From Parcubacteria group bacterium (lineage in GTDB: Bacteria; Patescibacteriota; Minisyncoccia; Minisyncoccales; JAVHRH01), in the NCBI GenBank assembly GCA_036171555.1, contig JAVHRH010000069.1, positions 1 to 29,385 on the forward strand: a DNA stretch of 29,385 nt, given 5' to 3'. A program made the translations under genes and the position numbers. The notes under the pieces were generated by a model, which was given only the letters and a program-made list of their open reading frames with translations, did not search any database and had not been told where the DNA came from. The stretch's first letter is position 1. Every line of letters begins with the position of its first letter. Below, piece by piece: positions 8,032 through 15,625 of the stretch.

Positions 8032-9022
8032 TCCGCTCCAGCCCTCTTTTTTTTATAAGTTTATAAAGAAATTCAATTCCTTCGGTTCTTTTTAAAACAT
8101 AATCTTTAAAGTATTTTTTTCCTTTTGGATTACTCACCGAAAAATAACGAAGCAGGCCCCACCATACTTGCATAACTGGAACCGCTATCGCCAACCAATA
8201 AATTTGATTTCTGTCAAAACACTGATTGTATACTTCATCAACGACTTTTAGAAACTTATCGTACAGAGTTTTATCGACCGGTGGATTGCGAAAAACGTTA
8301 TCGGCAAAAAAATAGCCCAAATCGTATAAAATTCCTCCCCTTTCGTTCATTCCGGCATATTCAAAATCTAACAGATATAACTTGCCATCATTCCCAACGA
8401 TAATGTTTTGGAAAAGAAAATCATTATGCGCCGGAACTCCTTTTTTAAGAATAGTAATTTTATTCTTAACTTCTTTCTCAATCTTTTTCAAATTTAAAAT
8501 AGTTTTTATATCTATAAATTTAGGTATGGCATGTCTTTCAACGGCAACTCTATATTTAGCAAGCTCATCACGAAAAACATCATATTCATTAACAAAACAG
8601 ACGTCGCTCGTATGAAAAATATTAAATAATTTCGCTAATTTTTCCTGATATCTCTTTGTTTTAAAAAGAGACAAGTCAAATAACTTTCCTTCAATATATT
8701 CGGCCAGCATTGTGCCGTCAGGCAGGTTAAAAGTTTCGCGGCTCTTTGGATTCAGAATATTTTTATTATTCAAAATATACAAATAATATCTTGGCAAAAT
8801 CTGCTTTAATTTTTTGTTCCTGTTTAAAGCTAAAATGTTTTTCCCTTCAATTTTCCTGTTGATAACAGCTGTTTCCCAGGGCAAACGAACAAAAAATTTC
8901 TTGTTTTCATGTTGAACAATATAATTCCTGTTCGTCTGTCCGCCGGCCTTGGTAATTTTAATATTTTCCGGCCGCCAGTCCTTATTCAGACGAGAAATCA
9001 ATTGAATATCTTTTTTAATCAT
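8015..9022 (-). CDS. Choline/ethanolamine/thiamine-kinase-family (APH-like) phosphotransferase
   Basis: GGQTNRNY loop, Brenner motif HNDFLFQNI and LLDFEYAG motif; start overlaps the hisD stop. Confidence 0.85.
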   Translation of the reverse strand: MIKKDIQLISRLNKDWRPENIKITKAGGQTNRNYIVQHENKKFFVRLPWETAVINRKIEGKNILALNRNKKLKQILPRYYLYILNNKNILNPKSRETFNLPDGTMLAEYIEGKLFDLSLFKTKRYQEKLAKLFNIFHTSDVCFVNEYDVFRDELAKYRVAVERHAIPKFIDIKTILNLKKIEKEVKNKITILKKGVPAHNDFLFQNIIVGNDGKLYLLDFEYAGMNERGGILYDLGYFFADNVFRNPPVDKTLYDKFLKVVDEVYNQCFDRNQIYWLAIAVPVMQVWWGLLRYFSVSNPKGKKYFKDYVLKRTEGIEFLYKLIKKRGLERISPHR

Positions 9023-10205
9023 TACATTTGAACCTTATTTCAACAGATTTTTTGTGGGCGTCTAATCCTTCCATCTCAGCAAATTTTGAAGCAACTTTAG
9101 CTAGTTTTTTAGCACCCTTTTTATTTATATATTGGTATGTTGGTATTTTAACAAAATCTTTCACTGATAATCCACCAGTATATCTAGCCGTTTTGTTGGT
9201 AGGGAGAACATGGTTTGTTCCTGAACAATAATCGCCAAAAGCTACGGCTGAATAATCGCCGAGAAAAAGAGAACCATAATTCTCAAATTGGTTAAGGTAA
9301 CTTTTTGCATTTTTAACCTGAACTGACAAGTGCTCCGGAGCTATTTTATTGGCGATTTTAATCGCCTCCGCTAAATTTTTAACTAAGATTGTCTTTTTAT
9401 TTTTGAACGCCCTTTTGATTATATTTTTCGTTACCAGTTTTTCGATTTGAAGTTTTAATTCATTATTTACTTTTTTGATTAAATCTTTAGAGTCGGTAAC
9501 AAAAAATATTTTTGTCATCACGTCGTGTTCGGCCTGACCTAAGAGATCGGCGGCGATGAATTTGGGATTAGCATATTTATCAGCCACTAATAAAATTTCA
9601 GTCGGACCGGCTAAAAGATCGATCCCGCAATCCCCGAAAATTTCCTTTTTAGCCGTAGTAACGTAGATATTTCCAGGTCCGACAATTTTATCTACTTTTG
9701 GCACAGTTTTAGTTCCGTAGGCCATGGCCGCTACGGCCTGAACGCCACCAATATTAAAAATTGAATCGGCTCCAGCTAAATCGGCTGCGACTATTGTCGT
9801 TGGTCTTATTTTCGGCGAACAAACAATAATTTTTTTTACGCCCGCCACTATAGCTGGAACGATGCACATCAAAGAAGTCGAGGGTAATGGATATCTGCCC
9901 CCTGGAACATAAACTCCTATTTTTTCGATCGGAATAATTTTCTGCCCAATCGTTATTCCATTCTTTGTATATTCAAAATCTTTAAAATTCCGGAATTGAG
10001 CCATGGCAAACTCCTTGATATTTTTAGCTGCAACTTTTATTGTCTTAACGGTTTCTTTATCCACCATTTTATAAGCCATGGCTATTTCTTTTCTGCTCAC
10101 TCTAAAATTATTCAATTTAATCTTATCGAAAACCTCCGTATATTTTCTGACGGCTTTATCTCCGTTTTTCTTCACATCTTCAATTATATTTTTTACTGTT
10201 CCCAT
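9015..10205 (-). CDS. hisD: Histidinol dehydrogenase
   Basis: YVPGG, GGVQAVAAMAYG, KIVGPGN, GID..AGPTE, QAEHD (Zn ligands), APEHL (catalytic), GDY.SGTNHVLPT and EGLDAH. Confidence 0.9.
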   Translation of the reverse strand: MGTVKNIIEDVKKNGDKAVRKYTEVFDKIKLNNFRVSRKEIAMAYKMVDKETVKTIKVAAKNIKEFAMAQFRNFKDFEYTKNGITIGQKIIPIEKIGVYVPGGRYPLPSTSLMCIVPAIVAGVKKIIVCSPKIRPTTIVAADLAGADSIFNIGGVQAVAAMAYGTKTVPKVDKIVGPGNIYVTTAKKEIFGDCGIDLLAGPTEILLVADKYANPKFIAADLLGQAEHDVMTKIFFVTDSKDLIKKVNNELKLQIEKLVTKNIIKRAFKNKKTILVKNLAEAIKIANKIAPEHLSVQVKNAKSYLNQFENYGSLFLGDYSAVAFGDYCSGTNHVLPTNKTARYTGGLSVKDFVKIPTYQYINKKGAKKLAKVASKFAEMEGLDAHKKSVEIRFKCND

Positions 10206-10278
10206 GTTCTTAAATTGCCCTATTTAAAATCTATCATTTTGTCTTAATTCTGTAAAAGTTTTAAAATAAGATATTGCT

Positions 10279-11100
10279 ATGGAAATTATTTTGGCGAAAA
10301 ATATCGGATTTTGCTCTGGAGTCAAAAGGGCGGTTTTGATAGCTGAAAAAGCATTAAAAGAAGATAAAAAACCTATCCAGTTTTTGGGCGGTTTGGTTCA
10401 TAATGAAAAAGTAATTGAAAAATTCAGAAAAAAAGGCGTCAAATTTATTAAAACATTAAAAGAGGCCAAGCCCGGCACTTTGATTATTCAAGCTCACGGT
10501 ATCGCTCCTTTTTCCAAAAAAATAAACAAAAATATAGTCATCAGAGACGCCACTTGTCCTTTGGTTAAAAAAGCCCAATTAATTGCCAGATCTTTATACC
10601 AACAAGGATTTCAAGTAATTATTATCGGCGACAAAAAACACTCGGAAACCAAAGGAATCAAAGGTTATACTGATAATACGGCTCTAATCGTGGAAAACGA
10701 AAAAATAGCGGCAAAACTACCTAATTTTAAAAAAATCGGCGTTATCTCCCAAACTACGCAAGACTTAAAAAACGTTGAAAAAGTTTTGAATGTTTTGCAA
10801 AAAAAGGCAAAAGAAATAAAATTTATCAATACTCTCTGTCCGGAAACGCAGAACCGCCAGAAAAAATTAAACTTGCTTTTAAAAAAAACAGATGCTATTT
10901 TAGTAATTGGTTCAAAAAAATCGGCCAATACCGGCCGTCTGGTTAAAATCAGTGAAAATGCCGGTAAAGCCGCCTGGTCAATCAATTCCTTATCAGAGCT
11001 AAAGAAAATCAATTTAAAAAATATTTCTAATCTGGGAGTGATTTCCGGAACATCAGCCCCAAATTGGCTGATAAAAAAGATCGTTGACAAAATAAGGTGA
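10279..11100 (+). CDS. ispH: 4-hydroxy-3-methylbut-2-enyl diphosphate reductase (IspH/LytB)
   Basis: Three cluster cysteines (GFCSGV, DATCPLV, NTLCPET), plus HN, HG, H.E, QTT, S..SANT and GTSAP motifs. Confidence 0.92.
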   Translation: MEIILAKNIGFCSGVKRAVLIAEKALKEDKKPIQFLGGLVHNEKVIEKFRKKGVKFIKTLKEAKPGTLIIQAHGIAPFSKKINKNIVIRDATCPLVKKAQLIARSLYQQGFQVIIIGDKKHSETKGIKGYTDNTALIVENEKIAAKLPNFKKIGVISQTTQDLKNVEKVLNVLQKKAKEIKFINTLCPETQNRQKKLNLLLKKTDAILVIGSKKSANTGRLVKISENAGKAAWSINSLSELKKINLKNISNLGVISGTSAPNWLIKKIVDKIR

Positions 11101-11114
11101 TGGAGGAAGGTATT

Positions 11115-11345
11115 ATGTTAAGTTTTAACCAACTACCCCCCGACTGGAGGAAAAATTCCCATTCACTTGGAAAAGATCGATCGGCCGAGCTAAGAAAGTT
11201 ATTTCCCCACCCACCCATAATAATAACCACTGGCTGCGGCGACAATGATTACGAAATCATTGACGAAAACGGGAAAGCCTTTGGGACGAATGAACGGCTC
11301 CAAGGACAGTTACTCGACCTGGAATTTTCCTCAAGCAGAAGATAA
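11115..11345 (+). CDS. Small hypothetical protein (~76 aa)
   Basis: GGAGG at 11102-11106 precedes ATG 11115, and a terminator follows. No motif recognised. Confidence 0.5.
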   Translation: MLSFNQLPPDWRKNSHSLGKDRSAELRKLFPHPPIIITTGCGDNDYEIIDENGKAFGTNERLQGQLLDLEFSSSRR

Positions 11346-11357
11346 TCTGCTTCACTC

Positions 11358-11392
11358 GCCCGTCTCTTAACCAAAAGGGAGACGGGCTTTTT
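11358..11392 (+). terminator. Intrinsic terminator
   Basis: gcccgtctct...gggagacgggc followed by TTTTT, between convergent genes. Confidence 0.8.
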
Positions 11393-11398
11393 AAATAC

Positions 11399-12676
11399 TC
11401 AAAACAAAGTCTTTTGTTGATTTACTTCTTTTTTCTCTCCTTGGGGGAAAATTCTGATTTTACCAAAAACGCCGTCATAACCCGGCTCTTTGGAAACCTT
11501 TCCTTCTCTGACCCTGATAATGCCTTCGGCTATTTCCGGCCGAGTTACGGTAGCCAAATCCGATCGGGAAACATCAAGCAGAATGTTAAATTCCGAACCG
11601 AATTTTTCAATTAAAATTTTATATTCTTTTTCTACTTCTTTAGTGCCAACTCCCAGATTTAAAACATCAGCGATAATCTCGGCTAAAGGAACTAAACTTT
11701 TGAAAGGTATGGTATTTTGAGGCGCAAAACCTTCTGGCCTGTCAGCCAATTCTTCGACTCGATTCAAGACACCGACGGTTAAGGGCCGGCCGCAAACCGG
11801 GCAAATACCGTTGTATTTTTTCGTTTCTTGGGGCGACAACTTAACATTGCAAACGCGATGGCCGTCAAAATGATATTTGCCTTCTTCGGGAAAGAATTCG
11901 ATGGTATAAAGAAATTTTCCCGCCCCGTTAGAAATTTGATTTCTAACGGGGTAAAGATTTTTTCCTCTGATTACATTAATAATTCCTAAGTAAGACAATT
12001 CCGTATCAAAAACATTAGCTTCCCGGCCGATTTTTTGCGGCGAATGAGCATCTGAATTGCTTATTAAGGTAACCTTGTCCAGGGCAGACAATCGCCAATT
12101 CATAGAGGGGTCAGAAGAAAGTCCCGTTTCAATGGCATAAATATATTTGGCATATTCGTCAAAACATTCTTCAATCGAATCAAAGCCTGATTTGGAACCG
12201 AAAATAGCAAACCAAGGCGTCCAAGCGTGCGCCGGCACCACTAAGCAATCGGGGGAAGCGTTCAAAACGATTTTAGCTAATTCTTTAGCGTCCAAACCCA
12301 AAATCGGCCGGCCGTCTGATCTTAAATTGCCGATCCAACCCAACTGCGCATTGATTTTCTCTACTATTTCGAAAGAGGGCGCAAAAATAATAATATGAAC
12401 TTTCCTAACCTTTCCTCCCTTCGTATAGATGCAACTGATTTCCGTGGTCAGAATAAAACGGGTGCCACCATCTTGCTTTAACTTAAATAGACCCGACTCA
12501 GCCGGTATCAGTTTTTCTTTTAAATTGGCAAACCATTCAGGATGAGTGAAATCGCCTGTGCCCAAAACTTTAATGCCTTTGATTTTGGCCCATTTATCCA
12601 AACTTTCCAAATCCATATCGTGGCTGGTTGCCCGAGAATATTTACTATGGATATGAAAGTCGGCTATGAATTCCAT
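11399..12676 (-). CDS. Endonuclease Q-family protein (PHP domain plus Zn ribbon)
   Basis: ADFHIHSKYSRATS, GTGDFTHP, PAHAWTPW, ETGLSSD, SNSDAHS, GKYHFDGHR.C, CPVCG and PGYDGVFG motifs. Start set at MEFIAD. Confidence 0.85.
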   Translation of the reverse strand: MEFIADFHIHSKYSRATSHDMDLESLDKWAKIKGIKVLGTGDFTHPEWFANLKEKLIPAESGLFKLKQDGGTRFILTTEISCIYTKGGKVRKVHIIIFAPSFEIVEKINAQLGWIGNLRSDGRPILGLDAKELAKIVLNASPDCLVVPAHAWTPWFAIFGSKSGFDSIEECFDEYAKYIYAIETGLSSDPSMNWRLSALDKVTLISNSDAHSPQKIGREANVFDTELSYLGIINVIRGKNLYPVRNQISNGAGKFLYTIEFFPEEGKYHFDGHRVCNVKLSPQETKKYNGICPVCGRPLTVGVLNRVEELADRPEGFAPQNTIPFKSLVPLAEIIADVLNLGVGTKEVEKEYKILIEKFGSEFNILLDVSRSDLATVTRPEIAEGIIRVREGKVSKEPGYDGVFGKIRIFPQGEKKEVNQQKTLF

Positions 12677-13827
12677 AAGGGTAATTGAGAGATGGCTCCC
12701 AAAACAAAAATAATCATTAAAAAATACAATAGCCAACCGGGTATTTTCAAGCTATATTCCGGCAGCCTGTCGCCCAAGGTTTTGGCCTTTTTGAAAATCA
12801 AAATAATAATTATTCCTTCAATAACACCGACGAAGGCGCCGATAAAACCAATGATGTTAATAAAGCTGCGCAAACCTAACAGATAGAGGAGGAAGGGAAA
12901 ACCTGTCGCAATTAAAAAAGACATTTCCCCAGGAAATTTCAAGTCGTGAATAAAGGTATTCATCAGATAAAGACCCAAAACCAGGAAAGAATCGGCCAGG
13001 GTGATAACGCCGGCTAAAACTCCTAAAAGAACCAGCTTTTGGCCTAAAACGGACAGTAAACCGGAGAAAAGATCGGGTGAAATATTTTTACCGGAAATCC
13101 CAATCAGAATAAAGGAAAAACAAAGATAAAAAGCAATGACAATGATTGCCGATAAAATGATTATCTTTTTTATTTCTTTTTTCTCGGCTGAACTTTTAAG
13201 GAGATCATTAATCTCGGGCAAAGCCGACCAGCCCACCAAAGAAAAGAGGATAACTCCGTAAGGCAAAAGAACGTTGGCTGAACTTAAAAACGCAAAATTT
13301 GAAAAGTCTAGTTGAGGCAGGCCGAACCAAAGAATCAGAAAGATGGCGGCAAAAAAGAGGACATTGGTAAAAATTTCGGCCGGGGCAATTATTTTTAGCC
13401 CTCTCCAGATGAAATAAGACAAAACTAGCCAAAAAATAAAAACGAACCAAAAAGATGATGGCGAACCGATTGACGGAAAGACGGCGGAAAATAAAATTTT
13501 CAGAAAATCACCTCCCAGAATGATATAGGCTAAAAGGCTGCCGACTACCCCGAAGAGAACCGAAAAAACAGCTAAAATTTCGCCGGGTTTACCCAGATAT
13601 TTTTTAGCGAAACCGGGCAAGCGATATTTTTCATTGGTTCTCAAAATTATTTCGCCAAAAAATAAGTGAATCAAAGTGACGGCTGCTCCCAATATCAAGA
13701 GATAAAAAAAGCCGGGGATAATCCCGCTTCTGTCGATGACGTAAGGCAAACCGAAGATGCCAGCCCCTATAGTTGTCCCAAGCAAAACCGAAAGAGAGAG
13801 AAAAAAACGTTTGTTGCTGAGAAACAT
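12664..13827 (-). CDS. Aromatic amino acid permease family transporter (Trp/Tyr permease / AAAP-like)
   Basis: GTTIGAGIFGLPY motif, about 11 hydrophobic helices, PYGVILFS. Confidence 0.8.
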   Translation of the reverse strand: MFLSNKRFFLSLSVLLGTTIGAGIFGLPYVIDRSGIIPGFFYLLILGAAVTLIHLFFGEIILRTNEKYRLPGFAKKYLGKPGEILAVFSVLFGVVGSLLAYIILGGDFLKILFSAVFPSIGSPSSFWFVFIFWLVLSYFIWRGLKIIAPAEIFTNVLFFAAIFLILWFGLPQLDFSNFAFLSSANVLLPYGVILFSLVGWSALPEINDLLKSSAEKKEIKKIIILSAIIVIAFYLCFSFILIGISGKNISPDLFSGLLSVLGQKLVLLGVLAGVITLADSFLVLGLYLMNTFIHDLKFPGEMSFLIATGFPFLLYLLGLRSFINIIGFIGAFVGVIEGIIIILIFKKAKTLGDRLPEYSLKIPGWLLYFLMIIFVLGAISQLPLWNS

Positions 13828-13828
13828 C

Positions 13829-14259
13829 TCATTTTTTGAATAATTTTTCTTCCACTAATCCAAACCCTGAAAAAATTAAAATAGTCAGCAATGTTCCCAA
13901 GATAGCTAAAAAGTAAAAACCGGCGCCGGCAGCCAGGCCGATAGCGGCCGTAGCCCAAAGGCCAGCGGCTGTCGTGATTCCGACAGTGCCGGTTGGCTGA
14001 CGGAAAATCACTCCGGCGCCAATAAAACCGATACCGATAGCTATGGCCGAAATAATACTAAACGGATCGAAATTAAAATTTGTCCTGATGCTAAATAAAT
14101 CAATAAACTCAAAAGCGATAACAACAAAAAGACAACTGCCCAACGCCACTAAACTATAAGTTTGCAGGCCGGCTTCTTTCCTTTATATTCTCTTTCGCAG
14201 CCAATTAAGCCTCCCAAAATTACAGCCAAAACCAGCTGAGAAATAATTTGCAAATCCAT
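13829..14259 (-). pseudogene. MgtC/SapB-family protein split by a -1 frameshift
   Basis: Frame 1 from ATG 14259: MDLQIISQLVLAVILGGLIGCEREYKG. A -1 shift at 14176-14181 continues KEAGLQTYSLVALGSCLF...IGFIGAGVI..GITTAAGLWATAAIGLAAG. The span is 431 nt, one short of 144 codons. Confidence 0.8.
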
Positions 14260-14268
14260 AAATAATTT

Positions 14269-14541
14269 TTAAAGTTTAAAAACGCGGTAACCCTCGTGAA
14301 CTTTTTGGCCAACTTTTAAGCCGACCGAATTGCCCTTTTTGGCTTCTTGGAGTTTTTCGTGCTCCATTTCCATCGACTCAACTGTTTGGTTGAAATCGGT
14401 TTCGCCGCCGATAAATCTGATGGTGTCCCCGACTTTCAACTTATCGGTTAATTTAATCACGGCTACGCTGATATTGCCGAAGAAATGAGTGACTTGACCA
14501 ATTAATTTTCCTTCTTCAGCCTCTGATTTTTTTTCTGCCAT
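14269..14541 (-). CDS. Small beta-barrel protein, 'translation elongation factor-like' (EF-Tu domain II / U32 C-terminal-like)
   Basis: IG.VTHFF..ISVAVI.L...LKVGDTI..IG and ESME.EH....EAKKG..VGLKV patterns. Confidence 0.65.
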   Translation of the reverse strand: MAEKKSEAEEGKLIGQVTHFFGNISVAVIKLTDKLKVGDTIRFIGGETDFNQTVESMEMEHEKLQEAKKGNSVGLKVGQKVHEGYRVFKL

Positions 14542-14579
14542 AAATAATAAAAATTAATGTTTACCTAGAACGACCTTTA

Positions 14580-14635
14580 CTCAAAGAGGACTTCGTCCTC
14601 TTTTCGATCTGCGCCGCGCCTAACGCGGCTTGCTA
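14580..14635 (-). repeat. Double-hairpin element, diverged copy A4 (contains the stop codon of the upstream gene)
   Basis: Minus strand: tagcaag-ccgcg-ttagg-cgcgg-cgcagatcgaaaagaggac-gaa-gtcctctttgag. Flanks and linker match A1-A3; the hairpin contents differ. Confidence 0.7.
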
Positions 14636-15201
14636 ATTAATTTTTTTTCTTTTTTGATCCGCTCAATAAGTTTCCTGACTAAAATTTTCGGGTCTTTTTC
14701 ATAAATTATCTTGTTGACGCCGCGGTAAGGAACCGTAATAATCTGTTTAATTTTATCGGCCGTACCGCCCGTTCCCTCCAAAACGCCAATCGGTTTTTGT
14801 ATTTCAAAAGCCGTGGCAAATTCATGCAAAGTACCAATACGGCCGCAGATAATAATAACGCCGTCGGCGGATTTTGTCATAATAATGTTTCTTCCGGGAT
14901 AATCGGCGCCGGTATAAATCATCACATCAAAAGGCTCTAACGGCAATTTATAGGTTTCCAAATGCGCTTTTTCCGAAGCAGCCGGCGAGAAGCCGATATT
15001 AAAACCATTTTCTTCTTCGCAACCCAAAGCCGCCAAATATGGGACTCCCGTCGTGGCACCAGTCACCAAGTTGCACTTTTGCCGAGCTATCTCCCGGCCA
15101 ACTTCTTTAGCAATTTCTTCAATGCCATTACAGCAGTGACCGATATCAGCGGCTCCTGAAACCACGATTTCGAATTTTTCTTTTTTAGCGTGATTCTCCA
15201 T
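14620..15201 (-). CDS. LOG/SLOG-family (Rossmann-like, TIGR00725-type) nucleotide-binding protein
   Basis: VVSGAA, LVTGATTGVP, GFSP, RNII...ADGVIII.GRIGTLHEF..A, KPIGVL.GTGG motifs. Confidence 0.8.
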   Translation of the reverse strand: MENHAKKEKFEIVVSGAADIGHCCNGIEEIAKEVGREIARQKCNLVTGATTGVPYLAALGCEEENGFNIGFSPAASEKAHLETYKLPLEPFDVMIYTGADYPGRNIIMTKSADGVIIICGRIGTLHEFATAFEIQKPIGVLEGTGGTADKIKQIITVPYRGVNKIIYEKDPKILVRKLIERIKKEKKLISKPR

Positions 15202-15244
15202 GATAAATTTATTTTAGCATAAGTTGTCAAAGAAGATAAATCTC

Positions 15245-15316
15245 TTAGGCGATGAAGTTTACCCCTTCGGGTTTGCCTTCATCTTCACCTTCGTTTTCGC
15301 TTCGCGAAAACTCGGT
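15245..15316 (-). repeat. Double-hairpin element, copy B1
   Basis: Minus strand: ccgag-ttttcgc-gaa-gcgaaaa-cgaaggtgaa-gatgaaggcaaaccc-gaa-ggggtaaacttcatc-gcctaa. Bases 15250-15284 are the exact reverse complement of 20254-20288. Confidence 0.85.
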
Positions 15317-15320
15317 AATT

Positions 15321-15351
15321 AAAAAACTCCTGCTAAAAACAGAAGTTTTTT
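15321..15351 (-). terminator. Intrinsic terminator
   Basis: Minus strand: aaaaaacttctg-tttttag-caggagtttttt (one G-U pair in the minus-strand RNA). Confidence 0.65.
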
Positions 15352-15353
15352 AA

Positions 15354-15479
15354 TGAGGGAGAATAGTTTCTAATAAAATCGACATTTAATCTAAATCCAG
15401 ATGGACATTGCTGGGCAGCTGCTTGAGTCTCCTTTATCAAAAACCATTTGTCCTAGAGCATTAAGCTCGCACCCCCTCA
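15354..15479 (-). ncRNA. Candidate structured non-coding RNA of unknown class
   Basis: Lies between a consensus promoter and a terminator. The 5' UGAGGGGG pairs with the 3' CUCCCUCA, with internal helices GGACA/UGUCC and UUAAU/AUUAA. The only ORFs with an ATG start are 18 aa or shorter. Confidence 0.45.
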
Positions 15480-15484
15480 ATAAA

Positions 15485-15513
15485 AGTTTAATCAAACTGA
15501 TACTTTTTGTCAA
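15485..15513 (-). promoter_or_regulatory. Sigma70-type promoter
   Basis: TTGACA (15513-15508), 17 nt, TAAACT (15490-15485). Confidence 0.65.
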
Positions 15514-15545
15514 ATCTTATCTTTTCCCCAATTTATCCACAAAGG

Positions 15546-15620
15546 TGGTGCCCCTACTCTGAGTCGAACAGAGATTTCAACCTCCGGAGGGTCGCGCTTT
15601 ATCCATTAAGCTATAGGGGC
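15546..15620 (-). tRNA. tRNA-Arg(CCG), CCA encoded
   Basis: GCCCCTA/TAGGGGC acceptor stem, D arm, CGACC-CTCCGGA-GGTTG anticodon arm, CTCTG-TTCGACT-CAGAG T arm, ACCA end; 75 nt. Confidence 0.97.
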
Positions 15621-15625
15621 GAAAT

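Noticed and set aside
9015-10205. hisD as an HpsN-like (sulfopropanediol dehydrogenase) paralogue because of VPGGRYP
   Set aside because: Zn and catalytic residues are standard and hisB/hisC are adjacent, so HisD is the simpler call; a phylogeny would settle it.
15533-15541. Perfect DnaA box TTATCCACA next to the tRNA as a sign of oriC
   Set aside because: Single box with no cluster, DUE or dnaA/dnaN nearby; another perfect match lies inside a CDS (4862-4870).
15546-15620. tRNA as an integration site, or as the Elp3 substrate
   Set aside because: No integrase or duplicated tRNA 3' end is visible. The anticodon starts with C34, so it cannot be a U34-modification substrate.
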